From the NCBI GenBank assembly GCA_964387845.1, contig CAYLXA010000010.1, forward strand, positions 37,059 through 101,058: a stretch of 64,000 nucleotides of DNA, read 5' to 3'. This document shows, piece by piece, positions 54,676 to 64,000 of the stretch. Positions within the stretch are counted from its first letter, which is position 1; every line of letters starts with the position of its first letter. The notes under the pieces are model-generated. The model did no database searches. It saw only the letters and a list, made by a program, of their open reading frames with translations, and was not told the origin of the DNA. Position numbers and translations under genes: made by a program. The DNA comes from an uncultured bacterium. GTDB taxonomy: Bacteria > Omnitrophota > Omnitrophia > Omnitrophales > Abzuiibacteriaceae.

Positions 54676-56162
54676 ACCGCGCCTCCATGCGCTGCTTCGT
54701 TAAGCCATGCTGTAAAACCTTCCGGCGAGTGAATCGTTAAAAATCCGCGCATACGGTAATGCCCAAGTCCGCAAAACTCGGCGCAAGCGATTTCATATTT
54801 CCCCGTCCGCGTTGCCTCAAACCATACGTCAATCGCCATACCGGGCACAACGTCCTGCTTCAAACGAACTTCCGGCAAAAAGAAACTGTGCAGCACAGGA
54901 TGATTGTTGTCTTTACCGATCGATGTCAGCCGAACACGCACCGGCTTTCCGACCGGAATATGAAGTTGATTGACAGTTTTAATATCATCCGAGGTTCCGA
55001 ATTTTCCGTCAGCGCCGGGATAATTCACATTCCACGCAAATTGCTCGGCCTGAATTTCAACAGAAACAGAATCCTGCGGCGGTTCTTTTTTAAGATCCAC
55101 CCAAATTACCTGGCTCCAAATCATCAGCACCACCAAAATAATGGACGGAATAATCGTCCAAATCAGCTCCAAACGGTCGTTGCCGTGTGTATAAGTTGCC
55201 TTGGCGCCGGGCCTATCTCGGTATTTGAAAAGAAACATCACGAGTGCAATCTGCACGCCGAAAAAGACGACTCCGGTAATAACCAAGATCACATAAAATA
55301 ATTGGTCAATCTTTGCGCCGTAGGTTGAAATATTTTCCGGAAGCCACCAACCTGTTTTTGCGCGCGGAAGGTCAGTTGCGGCAGAATCGTCGTAACGCTC
55401 GATCGGTTTCGGCTCTTCAGTCGTAATTTTAAGGCCGCTTGATTCATCAACGATTTCTTTTGTACTGAACTGAAAATCAAGCTGCGCTTCGCCTGCGGCA
55501 TCCACTTTGATTTTTCCGGTCTTGGTGCCGTAAACTTCATGCCACGCCTCAATCGTATATTCACCGGCCGGGACATTTTCCAGCTTAAAACTGCCGTCAT
55601 CACCTGTAACGCTAAAAAACGGATGCTTTAAAGCGCCGACATAGGCATTCATCCACGGATGCACATCGCACTTAAATTTGATCATGACTTCGGGGTTCGA
55701 AAATGTTTTCTCGAGCTTCATGCCCTGAAGCGGCATGCCGAGATTAAATTCCGGGTTCAGCTTGCCCAATGCGTGAACGTTGTGGAGTGTTGCATCGCTA
55801 TTCAGGATGGACAATTTCTGGCCGGTCTGGATACCTTGTACGTGCGGCTCATACCAACAGCCTTTTTGATCCAAAATAACGGGCTCGGAAGGAACCGGGA
55901 ATTTTTCGTCTTTCAGGCCTTCTTTAACATAAACAAAAACATTCTTGAGGGTTCCGTTTGAATTAATTTTGACTTTTTCCGCAATAAAACCGGAAGGATG
56001 CATGGATTTGCAGACGGGATCCGCGCCCATATCGACTTTTGGGTTGTCGGGCTGCGCGCCGTCAAAATTGGCTTTTCCCGTAATGGTTCCGGCTTGTGCG
56101 ACGGAACAAAACAGGAACAAGCTTAAAAAGAAACTGGTTATTAATTTTGAATTTTTCATCAA
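54672..56162 (-). CDS. coxB: cytochrome c oxidase subunit II with an N-terminal fused amicyanin-like cupredoxin domain
   Basis: C-terminal CuA site YEIACAEFCGLGHYRMRG; N-terminal domain with H...C-D-V-H-P-W-M type-1 copper motif. Confidence 0.8.
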   Translation of the reverse strand: MMKNSKLITSFFLSLFLFCSVAQAGTITGKANFDGAQPDNPKVDMGADPVCKSMHPSGFIAEKVKINSNGTLKNVFVYVKEGLKDEKFPVPSEPVILDQKGCWYEPHVQGIQTGQKLSILNSDATLHNVHALGKLNPEFNLGMPLQGMKLEKTFSNPEVMIKFKCDVHPWMNAYVGALKHPFFSVTGDDGSFKLENVPAGEYTIEAWHEVYGTKTGKIKVDAAGEAQLDFQFSTKEIVDESSGLKITTEEPKPIERYDDSAATDLPRAKTGWWLPENISTYGAKIDQLFYVILVITGVVFFGVQIALVMFLFKYRDRPGAKATYTHGNDRLELIWTIIPSIILVVLMIWSQVIWVDLKKEPPQDSVSVEIQAEQFAWNVNYPGADGKFGTSDDIKTVNQLHIPVGKPVRVRLTSIGKDNNHPVLHSFFLPEVRLKQDVVPGMAIDVWFEATRTGKYEIACAEFCGLGHYRMRGFLTIHSPEGFTAWLNEAAHGGAV

Positions 56163-56165
56163 ACT

Positions 56166-56861
56166 CTATGCGTTGTAAGCAAACTCGATTGAAACGGGCG
56201 CGTCATCCGCAACCGTTACTTTTTGCGTTTGCGTACCGTATTTTTCATGCCAGGCTTCAATCGTATATTCTCCCGCCGGCAAGTCTTTGATTTCGAAATT
56301 TCCGGAATCATCCGAGACGCCGAAAAACGGATGATTCAAAATACCGATAAACGCGCTCATCCAGGGATGAACGTCGCATTTTAATTTCACCATGATTTCC
56401 GGTGCTTCAAACTTTTTCTTCAGCTTCATGCCTTGAATCGGCATGCCGAGATTGAACTGTTTGCTCTTCTCCGCCATTGAATGAACATTGTGGAGCGTCG
56501 GATCGCTGTTAAGAATTTCCAAACTCTGCCCAACTTGCATACCAAAAACATGCGGATTGTACTGACATCCTTTTTGATCGATCGTCACGGTTTCAGCCGG
56601 CACCGGAAAAGTTTGCGTCCCGAGCCCCTCTTTGACATAAACAAACACGTTTTTCAAGGTTCCGTTTGAATTAACGATAACGGTTTCAGCGCGCACAGGA
56701 CCCGAGTGGGCTGCAACGCATGTCGGATCTGCCGACATTGATAAAATTTCGTTTTCAGGCGCAGTGCCCGAAAATTTGACGGATCCCGAAATGGTTCCGG
56801 CAAAAACGCTCACAGGAAATAAGCAAATGGATAGAACTAAAATGATTGTCTTCATAATCAA
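56166..56861 (-). CDS. stand-alone amicyanin-like cupredoxin (paralog of the CoxB N-terminal domain)
   Basis: ~60% identity to the CoxB N-domain; KCDVHPWM (C-x2-H-x2-M) plus upstream NPHV His; signal peptide. Confidence 0.65.
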   Translation of the reverse strand: MIMKTIILVLSICLFPVSVFAGTISGSVKFSGTAPENEILSMSADPTCVAAHSGPVRAETVIVNSNGTLKNVFVYVKEGLGTQTFPVPAETVTIDQKGCQYNPHVFGMQVGQSLEILNSDPTLHNVHSMAEKSKQFNLGMPIQGMKLKKKFEAPEIMVKLKCDVHPWMSAFIGILNHPFFGVSDDSGNFEIKDLPAGEYTIEAWHEKYGTQTQKVTVADDAPVSIEFAYNA

Positions 56862-56869
56862 ACCCCTTC

Positions 56870-59677
56870 TTATTTAAACGTTTCCTTGACCTTTGCCGCT
56901 TCTTCCGGCGTAAACACTCTCAAATATTCTTTGATCGCGTGAATTTGTTTTATCGCGTCGCCATCCAGAATGTCAGTGACGGGCGTCTCACCGTCCGGGA
57001 AAAATCCGGGCATCATCGTCCCCGGCTGAATCGCTTGCGGATCTTTCAGCCAATCTTCTACCCAATTAGGCTTAAGCCGGACATGCGCCATGGTCAAATC
57101 AGGCGCTAAAAATGAAGCCGACATCCCTTGAGTTTCGCCTTGGTGACATTGAATACACTTAAATTTTATGAAAAGTTCTCTACCCGCATCAATTGTTTTT
57201 TGGGAAGGTTTTAAAGAATCATCTTTTGAAAATGAGATTCTTTGGTGCGCCAAATTGTGAAAATATTGAACAACAATATCGGTTTCCTCATCATCAAAGC
57301 CAAATGTCGGCATTCTGTATTTAAGCCACGGCCGGATCGGCGTCGGCTCTTGTAAAAATTGATAGAGCCACTCTTCCTGCACTTTGGCACCTTGGCCGTC
57401 CAAAGTCGGCGGCGCGTTACCTTTATCTTCGAAAAGAGCTTGAACGCGGCCTTCAATTCCATCCAGCGTATGGCATCCCTGGCAATTGTATTTGGCAGCC
57501 AGGAAGCGGCCTTTTTCGACGGCTTGCTCCCTCAAATCCAGCTGTTTTTGCATCTCAAGCGGAATATGCTCTTCGCGCAAGCTCAGTAAGAAAGTGACGA
57601 GTGAATTGGCTTCTTCGTCCGTAAAATCAAACTGAGGCATCCGGAGTTTTTCGCTGAAAGTTTTGATTTTGCCTTCGTCAAAACCGCGCGGATGTTTCAG
57701 TTTTTGGAAAAACCACGCTTCGCGCGTTTTTTCGATATCCACAAAACCAAAATCGAGTTTGCTGACTTCCTTTTGGCCCTGTTTCGTGAGCTCCGTTCCG
57801 ATCGGCTTCATCGTTTCAAACCCCTTGATGTCGTGACAGCCGAAACAGCCTTGCTGCAGAATCATTTCGCGGCCGACAAATTCCAATTTGTCGCTTGTGG
57901 TCATCTTAGACATTTTCTCGCGGGCTTCCGAATGGCGCATCTTGCCCGTCAAATAATCCATTGCCAATAAATCCAAATCTTTGTCCGAGGTTTCGGGCAA
58001 TGAAATCTTTTCAAACTCATGATTGCGGCTTTCAAGCAAGTAAGTCGTGATGTGAGACGCCTCTTCATCCGTCAGGCGCAAATTCGGCATCCGAGTATTT
58101 TCCATGTAATGCTTGGGATCTTTCAGCCATGTAAACAGCCAATCAGCGCTCACTTTGCTGCCCATGTTGATTAATTCGGGGCCGTGGTCATTCACGTTTG
58201 AATTGTCAACATTATGACAGCCCAAACATCCGAGATCTTTCACGAGCTGCTTGCCGACTTCAGCATTGCCTTTTTTGCGCGGCTTTTCAAGCGAGACCTC
58301 TTCCGAATGTTTCATCAAATATTCCGCAATACCTTGAATGCCGACGTTCGATTTCGCGCGGTTTTCCGGCTCCTGCATATTCTCTAAATGGAAAATCCGG
58401 GGCATCCAGGTTGACGGGCGGAAAGCTTTCGGATCCTGCAGCCATTTGGCAATCCAATCTTTCTCAAGCTTGCTTTTCACATTCAGAAGGCTTGGGCCCG
58501 CTTTCCATTGATTTTCAAATCCCTTCACCGTATGACAGCCGAAACAGCCGGCTTTCCGCGCCAAATCGCGGCCTTCGTTTAATTTGGGCGCTTCGGGGAC
58601 ATGGACAACATTGGTATGGCATTTTGTGCAGGAAGCTTCCGTATGCTGCAGCGGGAGCATTTTCTTTTCCCACTTCTCGAGTTCATGCCAATGATATTTT
58701 TTCTCCCATTCTTTCTTTTGCTCTTCATTCTGCGGCGTGTGGGCCGTTGTCGTGAAAGTGAGCGAATGCCCGTTCCCGCCATGGCAAACCGTACAGCCGA
58801 TTTTCTCAAGCGGATGCTTGGAGGATGACCCTAAAAACAAGTCGAGATTGGGATGGGTTGTGAAAGGCTGCGGTGCGTCTTCATACCCTTTCCGGTCAAT
58901 CGCCAAATGGCAGGTCGTACAGCGGTCGACTTTGTTGGCTTTTGCGAAATAAAAATCGTCATACAAATCTTCCAGCACCACCTGCTGAATTTGCAAAGAA
59001 GGTGCGATAAAATCCAGCATCGGCGCATTTAAAATCGCTTTTGCAGCGGATGGCTCGAGCTGTTCGATTTTTTTCTGAAGACGCTCGACTTCTTTTAGAA
59101 GCTGGCCTTTTTCCTTTTCATGCTGTTTTTGATCCGCTTGAAGCGCCAGGACTTTCTGATCAAGCTCCAGATCTCTCTTTTCAAGCTCTTCCTGCTCAAT
59201 TTTTGCCTTTTCGAGCCTGGGCTCTATCTCTTTTATTTTTTCTTCGTACTCATGCGCTTCTTTTTCTTCGCCTTTGTGATGATATTCTTCTTTGTAGTAC
59301 TTATAAGAATCAAAAAATTGTTTGAGGTCCTGATACCGGTTTCTGGCCTGAGTAAGCGGGAGCTGGAGCGTTTGTTTTTCTTTGAGCAGATTTTCATATT
59401 CCGCTTTTTTCTGAGCAAACGCGTCTTCGGCAGACCGCAGTTTTTGTTCAATGGCCTCAAGTTCTTTCGGATCAATTTCGGCTTTTTGTTCTTTGAGCGC
59501 TTCTTCCGCTTTTTCGCGCTCAAGCTCGATAAATTTTTCCTGATAGCGCTTCCATTCGCGGCCGTGGTCTTCAAATAACATGAGCACAAGCGTCACGGTC
59601 AGAAAAATAGAAGCAACCGCAAACCAAGCGGTTGTTTTATTGACGCTGTAGAGTTTATTTTGATGATCTTGTGGCAT
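56870..59677 (-). CDS. octaheme c-type cytochrome with N-terminal TM anchor and coiled coil
   Basis: Eight CxxCH motifs (CTTCH, CTVCH, CTKCH, CFGCH, CLGCH, CFGCH, CQGCH, CIQCH). Confidence 0.8.
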   Translation of the reverse strand: MPQDHQNKLYSVNKTTAWFAVASIFLTVTLVLMLFEDHGREWKRYQEKFIELEREKAEEALKEQKAEIDPKELEAIEQKLRSAEDAFAQKKAEYENLLKEKQTLQLPLTQARNRYQDLKQFFDSYKYYKEEYHHKGEEKEAHEYEEKIKEIEPRLEKAKIEQEELEKRDLELDQKVLALQADQKQHEKEKGQLLKEVERLQKKIEQLEPSAAKAILNAPMLDFIAPSLQIQQVVLEDLYDDFYFAKANKVDRCTTCHLAIDRKGYEDAPQPFTTHPNLDLFLGSSSKHPLEKIGCTVCHGGNGHSLTFTTTAHTPQNEEQKKEWEKKYHWHELEKWEKKMLPLQHTEASCTKCHTNVVHVPEAPKLNEGRDLARKAGCFGCHTVKGFENQWKAGPSLLNVKSKLEKDWIAKWLQDPKAFRPSTWMPRIFHLENMQEPENRAKSNVGIQGIAEYLMKHSEEVSLEKPRKKGNAEVGKQLVKDLGCLGCHNVDNSNVNDHGPELINMGSKVSADWLFTWLKDPKHYMENTRMPNLRLTDEEASHITTYLLESRNHEFEKISLPETSDKDLDLLAMDYLTGKMRHSEAREKMSKMTTSDKLEFVGREMILQQGCFGCHDIKGFETMKPIGTELTKQGQKEVSKLDFGFVDIEKTREAWFFQKLKHPRGFDEGKIKTFSEKLRMPQFDFTDEEANSLVTFLLSLREEHIPLEMQKQLDLREQAVEKGRFLAAKYNCQGCHTLDGIEGRVQALFEDKGNAPPTLDGQGAKVQEEWLYQFLQEPTPIRPWLKYRMPTFGFDDEETDIVVQYFHNLAHQRISFSKDDSLKPSQKTIDAGRELFIKFKCIQCHQGETQGMSASFLAPDLTMAHVRLKPNWVEDWLKDPQAIQPGTMMPGFFPDGETPVTDILDGDAIKQIHAIKEYLRVFTPEEAAKVKETFK

Positions 59678-59679
59678 GA

Positions 59680-60762
59680 TCAGATATTGAAGAAAAATTC
59701 AGGGATCGCGACTAGATATTTTAAGTTGAACGCCCACCGCAGATACATTTTGATCGGGACGGCGATAATCATTAATAGAAGAAACGACGCAATGGCAAAA
59801 CGGATCGGGCCCATTTCTTCATAAGCTTTTTTGCAGAACGTCATCGCGGCAACCGCAGGCGGAATCATCACGTAGCCAAACACCAGCAAAATCCCGGGCG
59901 CTTCGCGGATAAACCACTGCTCGGGCAATCTTTGGCCCATCCATTTAATGAAAATAAATTCGGATAAATTGACGTTCAGCAGCGGAACCACTTTGTGCAC
60001 ATTCCACTCTTCAAACGGCCCGAAAAAGTTCCAGTTGGGGCCGCGCAGAAATGTTCCGAGAATAATCAAAACGATCCAAAGCATCCAAAAACAAAACATG
60101 AATCCGCCGATCCATACGCGCCGCTGTTTATAGGAATAATAGCCGGAACCTTTCGGATCACGATCCAAATACGGAATCGCGCAAAGTCCGACAATGATTA
60201 AAGTCGGAATCAAAACACCGGCAATCCACGGATCAAAATAAACAAGCAGTTCCTGTAAACCCAAAAAGTACCAGGGCGCTTTTGAGGGATTCGGCGAAAT
60301 AGAAGGATTAGCAGGATCTTCGAGCGGCGCTTTCAAAAGAAGCGACCAAACAACGAGCATAATCGCATAAAAAAGCGCCACGACAAACTCGATAAAAATC
60401 AAATACGGAAAGACCAAAACTTTTTGATCGGATTCTTCTTTTTCAATCGGCGGCTTCCCTGCAGCCATGCGCTCGTCATTCAAAACGGCTTTGCGCATTG
60501 CATACCACGTAAAATAAATCATGATGAAGAACATGCCCACAATCGGCACGTTATCGGGAAGTGCAACGATGGAACGAAAATGATCATCCGAAAGCCCGAA
60601 AAAGAAAAAGACGATGCCGAAAATAGCGAGCGGAATGCAGACCTTGGGCGAGGTTAATTGTTTCGGGAAAGCCAGAAAGAAAAACAATATCGAGCTCACC
60701 AGCGTGAACAACACCACGGGCGAAGAAATAATATTAAAAAATTCTTTGATCGCTAAAACCAT
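59680..60762 (-). CDS. cytochrome bc-complex subunit IV-like protein (cytochrome b C-terminal half, extended)
   Basis: PEWY-type motif APWYFLGLQE; polytopic. Confidence 0.65.
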   Translation of the reverse strand: MVLAIKEFFNIISSPVVLFTLVSSILFFFLAFPKQLTSPKVCIPLAIFGIVFFFFGLSDDHFRSIVALPDNVPIVGMFFIMIYFTWYAMRKAVLNDERMAAGKPPIEKEESDQKVLVFPYLIFIEFVVALFYAIMLVVWSLLLKAPLEDPANPSISPNPSKAPWYFLGLQELLVYFDPWIAGVLIPTLIIVGLCAIPYLDRDPKGSGYYSYKQRRVWIGGFMFCFWMLWIVLIILGTFLRGPNWNFFGPFEEWNVHKVVPLLNVNLSEFIFIKWMGQRLPEQWFIREAPGILLVFGYVMIPPAVAAMTFCKKAYEEMGPIRFAIASFLLLMIIAVPIKMYLRWAFNLKYLVAIPEFFFNI

Positions 60763-60767
60763 AAAAA

Positions 60768-61565
60768 TTATAACGGCCCGCTAATGCCGCCGTCTTTGCG
60801 GATTCTCCAAAAATGAACGGCCATCAAAATAACGACCACAGCCGGAATCGCGACACAATGTAAAATATAAAAACGAAGCAACGCGCCGGCACCGACAAAT
60901 CGGCCCCCCAGCAATGCAAAGCGCGCGTCATTGCCCGCATGGACAAGCTGAATATCGCCTATCGCAAGAAGCGCCGCCCCGGGGCCTTCGTGGCCCAAAA
61001 ATGGGGTTGCGCGGGCCATGTTGCTGCCGACCGCGATGGCCCAAATGGCCAGCTGATCCCACGGTAACAAATATCCCGTGAAACTCAGAAGCATCGTAAG
61101 CACCAAAAGCAAAACGCCGATGACCCAATTAAATTCGCGCGGCGGTTTATAGGAGCCTGTCATGAACACGCGCAGCATATGGAGCCACACGGTAATCACC
61201 ATCGCGTGCGCGCCCCAACGGTGAAGCTCGCGCATAATGCCGAACGGCACATGCTCGCGAAGCGCAACGATGTCATTGTAAGCATATTCAACGGTCGGAC
61301 GGTAATAGAACATCAAAAGAATGCCGCTCACGACCAGTGTTAAAAATACGAAAAACGACAGGCCGCCCGCGCACCACGTAAATCCAAAACGTGCGCCGGA
61401 TTTCCGGACTTTTACGGGGTGCAAATGAAAGAAAACATTCGTCAAAACCGTCAAAGCACGGTCGCGCTCATCCGTAGAATATCCATGACGAAACATGGAC
61501 TTCCAAATTTGGCCTTTTGTGATCCATTTCTTGAATTCTTCGAAATTGAAATTAATTTTAAACAT
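60768..61565 (-). CDS. cytochrome b6-type subunit (cytochrome b N-terminal half)
   Basis: Conserved heme-ligand His pairs in helices B and D ([15 protein letters not shown]-like region). Confidence 0.75.
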   Translation of the reverse strand: MFKINFNFEEFKKWITKGQIWKSMFRHGYSTDERDRALTVLTNVFFHLHPVKVRKSGARFGFTWCAGGLSFFVFLTLVVSGILLMFYYRPTVEYAYNDIVALREHVPFGIMRELHRWGAHAMVITVWLHMLRVFMTGSYKPPREFNWVIGVLLLVLTMLLSFTGYLLPWDQLAIWAIAVGSNMARATPFLGHEGPGAALLAIGDIQLVHAGNDARFALLGGRFVGAGALLRFYILHCVAIPAVVVILMAVHFWRIRKDGGISGPL

Positions 61566-61585
61566 ACTTTACCTCGTTGATCACG

Positions 61586-62161
61586 CTAACAATTCAAAAA
61601 CGACTCGGGATTATTCCACTCGCCTTTTTCCTGCTGAAACTTTTTACTCTTATCCACTAAGATTTGTCCGTCATCCGCAAAGCCGATTTTAAACCGTTCA
61701 AGCGGGCGCGGCGCCGGGCCTTCGAAGTTGATTCCGGTTTTATAAAATCCGCTGCCATGGCACGGGCATTTAAATTTCTGTTCCGTATCAAGCCAGTTCG
61801 GCGTACAGCCTAAATGTGTACAAATCGTAGAAAGTGCATAAATCCCTTCTGCTGCACGGACCATCCACACGCCATACTTTTCTTTCCAGCGCTCATCGAC
61901 AATCCCGACTTCATAATCATCCGGGAATCCGGCTTTGAAACTGCTTTTCGGCTCAAAAAGAACGTTCGGAAATAAAAATCTCAGGATCAACGAAAGCGCG
62001 CCGCCCGTTGCTGCAGCAAAACCAATCCAGGCCACCACAAACCATGATAAAAATTTACGCCGGCCGGGCGATGAAACTTCTTCCAAGGGTTTTTTCGGTG
62101 CCGGAGGAGGCGTGGCCGGCAGCGGAGTTGCTGGTGTGGGAGTTGCCGGAGTTTCGCTCAT
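61586..62161 (-). CDS. Rieske [2Fe-2S] protein
   Basis: CTHLGC ... CPCHGS boxes; Pro/Ala/Thr-rich N-terminus with TM anchor. Confidence 0.85.
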   Translation of the reverse strand: MSETPATPTPATPLPATPPPAPKKPLEEVSSPGRRKFLSWFVVAWIGFAAATGGALSLILRFLFPNVLFEPKSSFKAGFPDDYEVGIVDERWKEKYGVWMVRAAEGIYALSTICTHLGCTPNWLDTEQKFKCPCHGSGFYKTGINFEGPAPRPLERFKIGFADDGQILVDKSKKFQQEKGEWNNPESFLNC

Positions 62162-63045
62162 ACAGAAACCTGCCCCGACAAATTCTGAAGCGCCGAAAGC
62201 GCAGCTTGCCTGACTTTGACACTCGGATCCGTTTTTGAAACGGTTTCAAGCAACGGACGCGAATCCGGAATATCAAGAAGCGCGACGCCTTTTGCGGCAT
62301 TCACCATCACGGTTTCGATTTTATCGCCTGCAAGGTCCGGCGTTCTTTCCAGAAAATCGCGATCGAGCATTTTAAGCAAAATTTCGGCACCTTCCGCACT
62401 GCCGAGCCGGGCCAGCGAAAGCGCTGCGTTCCACCGCACATCCATCTCGGTATCTTCCAAACGGCGCGAAAGCGTCGGAATCACCGACGGATTTTTAAGC
62501 GCGCCCAAAGCGTACGCTGCTGTTTTCCTGAGCGCAGCGTCTTCACTATCCAGAAAGGGTTTGATCACAGCCACACTGCGCGGATTCTCAAAACCGGCGA
62601 TTGACCACATAAGGAATATCGGTAGGACGGCATCCTCGTTCTGAACATCCACTTCCGCGAGCGCCTTATGAAGCGCCATCAGCGCTTCGTCCGTCTGGAA
62701 CCGGCCCACCGCCATCGCCATGTAAGCGCGCGTCTTGGCGTCATAGTGTTCTTTTTCGTTTAGGATATGCGCAGCTTCTTTTAATATACCGGTCTGACGG
62801 ATTGTGGTTTGATTGGGATTGTTCAGTTCATTCGAAAGCTCAAACGCTTTCTGCCAGCGCTTGCTCGGAGCGCCGGTTTTAATAGAGGTAATCAGGGTTT
62901 CGGGCGTTTCTTCCTCATTGGTCAGAAATACGATCGTGCACAAGAGAAGCGCCATGCCTACCGCAATTAAGAGCGGAAATATAAAAAGGCCAAAAAACAG
63001 CTTTTGCTTGGATTTTGGCTGTCCAGCGGGAGAATTGGATTCCAT
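62158..63045 (-). CDS. HEAT-repeat (PBS-lyase-like) protein with N-terminal TM anchor
   Basis: Repeated ...A..AL..LG....V..L units. Confidence 0.55.
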   Translation of the reverse strand: MESNSPAGQPKSKQKLFFGLFIFPLLIAVGMALLLCTIVFLTNEEETPETLITSIKTGAPSKRWQKAFELSNELNNPNQTTIRQTGILKEAAHILNEKEHYDAKTRAYMAMAVGRFQTDEALMALHKALAEVDVQNEDAVLPIFLMWSIAGFENPRSVAVIKPFLDSEDAALRKTAAYALGALKNPSVIPTLSRRLEDTEMDVRWNAALSLARLGSAEGAEILLKMLDRDFLERTPDLAGDKIETVMVNAAKGVALLDIPDSRPLLETVSKTDPSVKVRQAALSALQNLSGQVSV

Positions 63046-63186
63046 TTATAATAAAATTTATCTAGTTTAAAAACGAAAAATACTTCTCTAATCTCAATAA
63101 TTTAACTTGTGCACCTAAATGAATTGAAAGGAAGGCAAAAAACAACGCGGATAGAATATCAGATAAAATTTTTAACGTCAAATGCT

Positions 63187-63687
63187 TTACTCATGAAACC
63201 CAATCCGGCGCTTTGGCTTCTCCTCTTCAGCCAGAATTTCTTCGATGGCCGAGAATACGACTTTGAATTGTTCATCGTATTTATTTTCGAGGGCTGTAAT
63301 TTTTCGTTTGAGTGAGGCGTAAGTTAAAGCTTCGCGCCGCAATTCCACAAATGCTCTCATGATTTGAATATTCACCGAGACCGCTCGCTCACTATTTAAG
63401 ACGCTGGATAACATTGCAATGCCTTGCTCCGTAAAAGCATAGGGCAGGTGCCTTCTCCCGCCCCATCTTGAGGTGCCAATTTGGCACCTCAAGATTGCAA
63501 CTTCTTTATTTGTAAGTAGATACATAAAATCGTCAGGGAATCTTTCTAAATTCCGGCGTACCTGCCGTGTCAATTGCTTTGTTTCAACCCCATACAATTC
63601 TGCCAAATCCGAATCGAGAATGACGTAGCGGCCTCGTAAATGAAAAATTCTATTCCCAATCTTATCAATATTAATCAATTCATTCAT
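63187..63687 (-). CDS. ORF6N-domain protein (KilA-N/antirepressor-like)
   Basis: N-terminal ...RGRYVILDSDLAELYGVETKQL... typical of the ORF6N family; RBS AGGGGGAAAT. Confidence 0.6.
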   Translation of the reverse strand: MNELINIDKIGNRIFHLRGRYVILDSDLAELYGVETKQLTRQVRRNLERFPDDFMYLLTNKEVAILRCQIGTSRWGGRRHLPYAFTEQGIAMLSSVLNSERAVSVNIQIMRAFVELRREALTYASLKRKITALENKYDEQFKVVFSAIEEILAEEEKPKRRIGFHE

Positions 63688-64000
63688 ATTTCCCCCTGAA
63701 AGACAAAATCCCCTCCGCGAATTTTTAATCCATGGAGGGGATTTAATTGATTAATATTATATTAAATTATTTATATATGTCAAATCTTATTTTTAAGCAA
63801 TTAGTCACAAATTTTCACTGGTTAATTAAATCCGGTATTTTTGGCACTTCCCTGCTTCATCTTATTTATGTAATCTTTCAAACCTTCGTTGAATACTATT
63901 GGATCTTTACATAAAAGTAAATTTTGACTGAAATGTTTAATAATTTTTGACCTTCCCCAATTTAGTGGACAGTTTGTTTAGACAGGGTCGCCTGCCTTTC

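Overview
Bacterial chromosomal segment of roughly 48% GC, read with the standard genetic code; almost all genes lie on the minus strand. The first 9.2 kb, which the supplied ORF track leaves empty apart from short out-of-frame ORFs, is not non-coding. Hand translation of the minus strand (plus-strand triplets starting at positions congruent to 2 mod 3) shows one uninterrupted reading frame from a TTG start with RBS at 9178 down through position 1: at least 3,059 codons with no TAA/TAG/TGA. This is a giant multidomain membrane-anchored protein whose stop codon lies beyond the window edge, which explains why an ORF finder needing an in-window stop reports nothing. The protein contains at least 5 predicted TM helices, two membrane-proximal HExxH zincin-like modules, an HD phosphohydrolase domain, a C-terminal beta-propeller-like region and 11 copies of an R[SA]ELR-type pentapeptide (9 strict, 2 relaxed), most in Ser/Pro/Lys-rich linkers. 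A near-consensus sigma70 promoter (TTGACA-17-TATAAA with TGn) plus RBS drives a codon-aligned antisense 115-aa ORF embedded inside this gene. The rest of the window holds housekeeping genes (amino-acid ABC transporter, truA, asd, leuB, thiG, glgA, glpD-like, pfk), type IV pilin-like genes, and a two-partner-secretion locus (tpsB, two large TpsA, a dockerin/Cys-rich-repeat protein). It ends with ferredoxins, a FIST protein and a respiratory operon (Rieske, cyt b6, subunit IV-like, octaheme cytochrome c, amicyanin-like cupredoxins, aa3-type oxidase with ctaA/ctaB/SCO). No rRNA, tRNA or CRISPR array was recognised.
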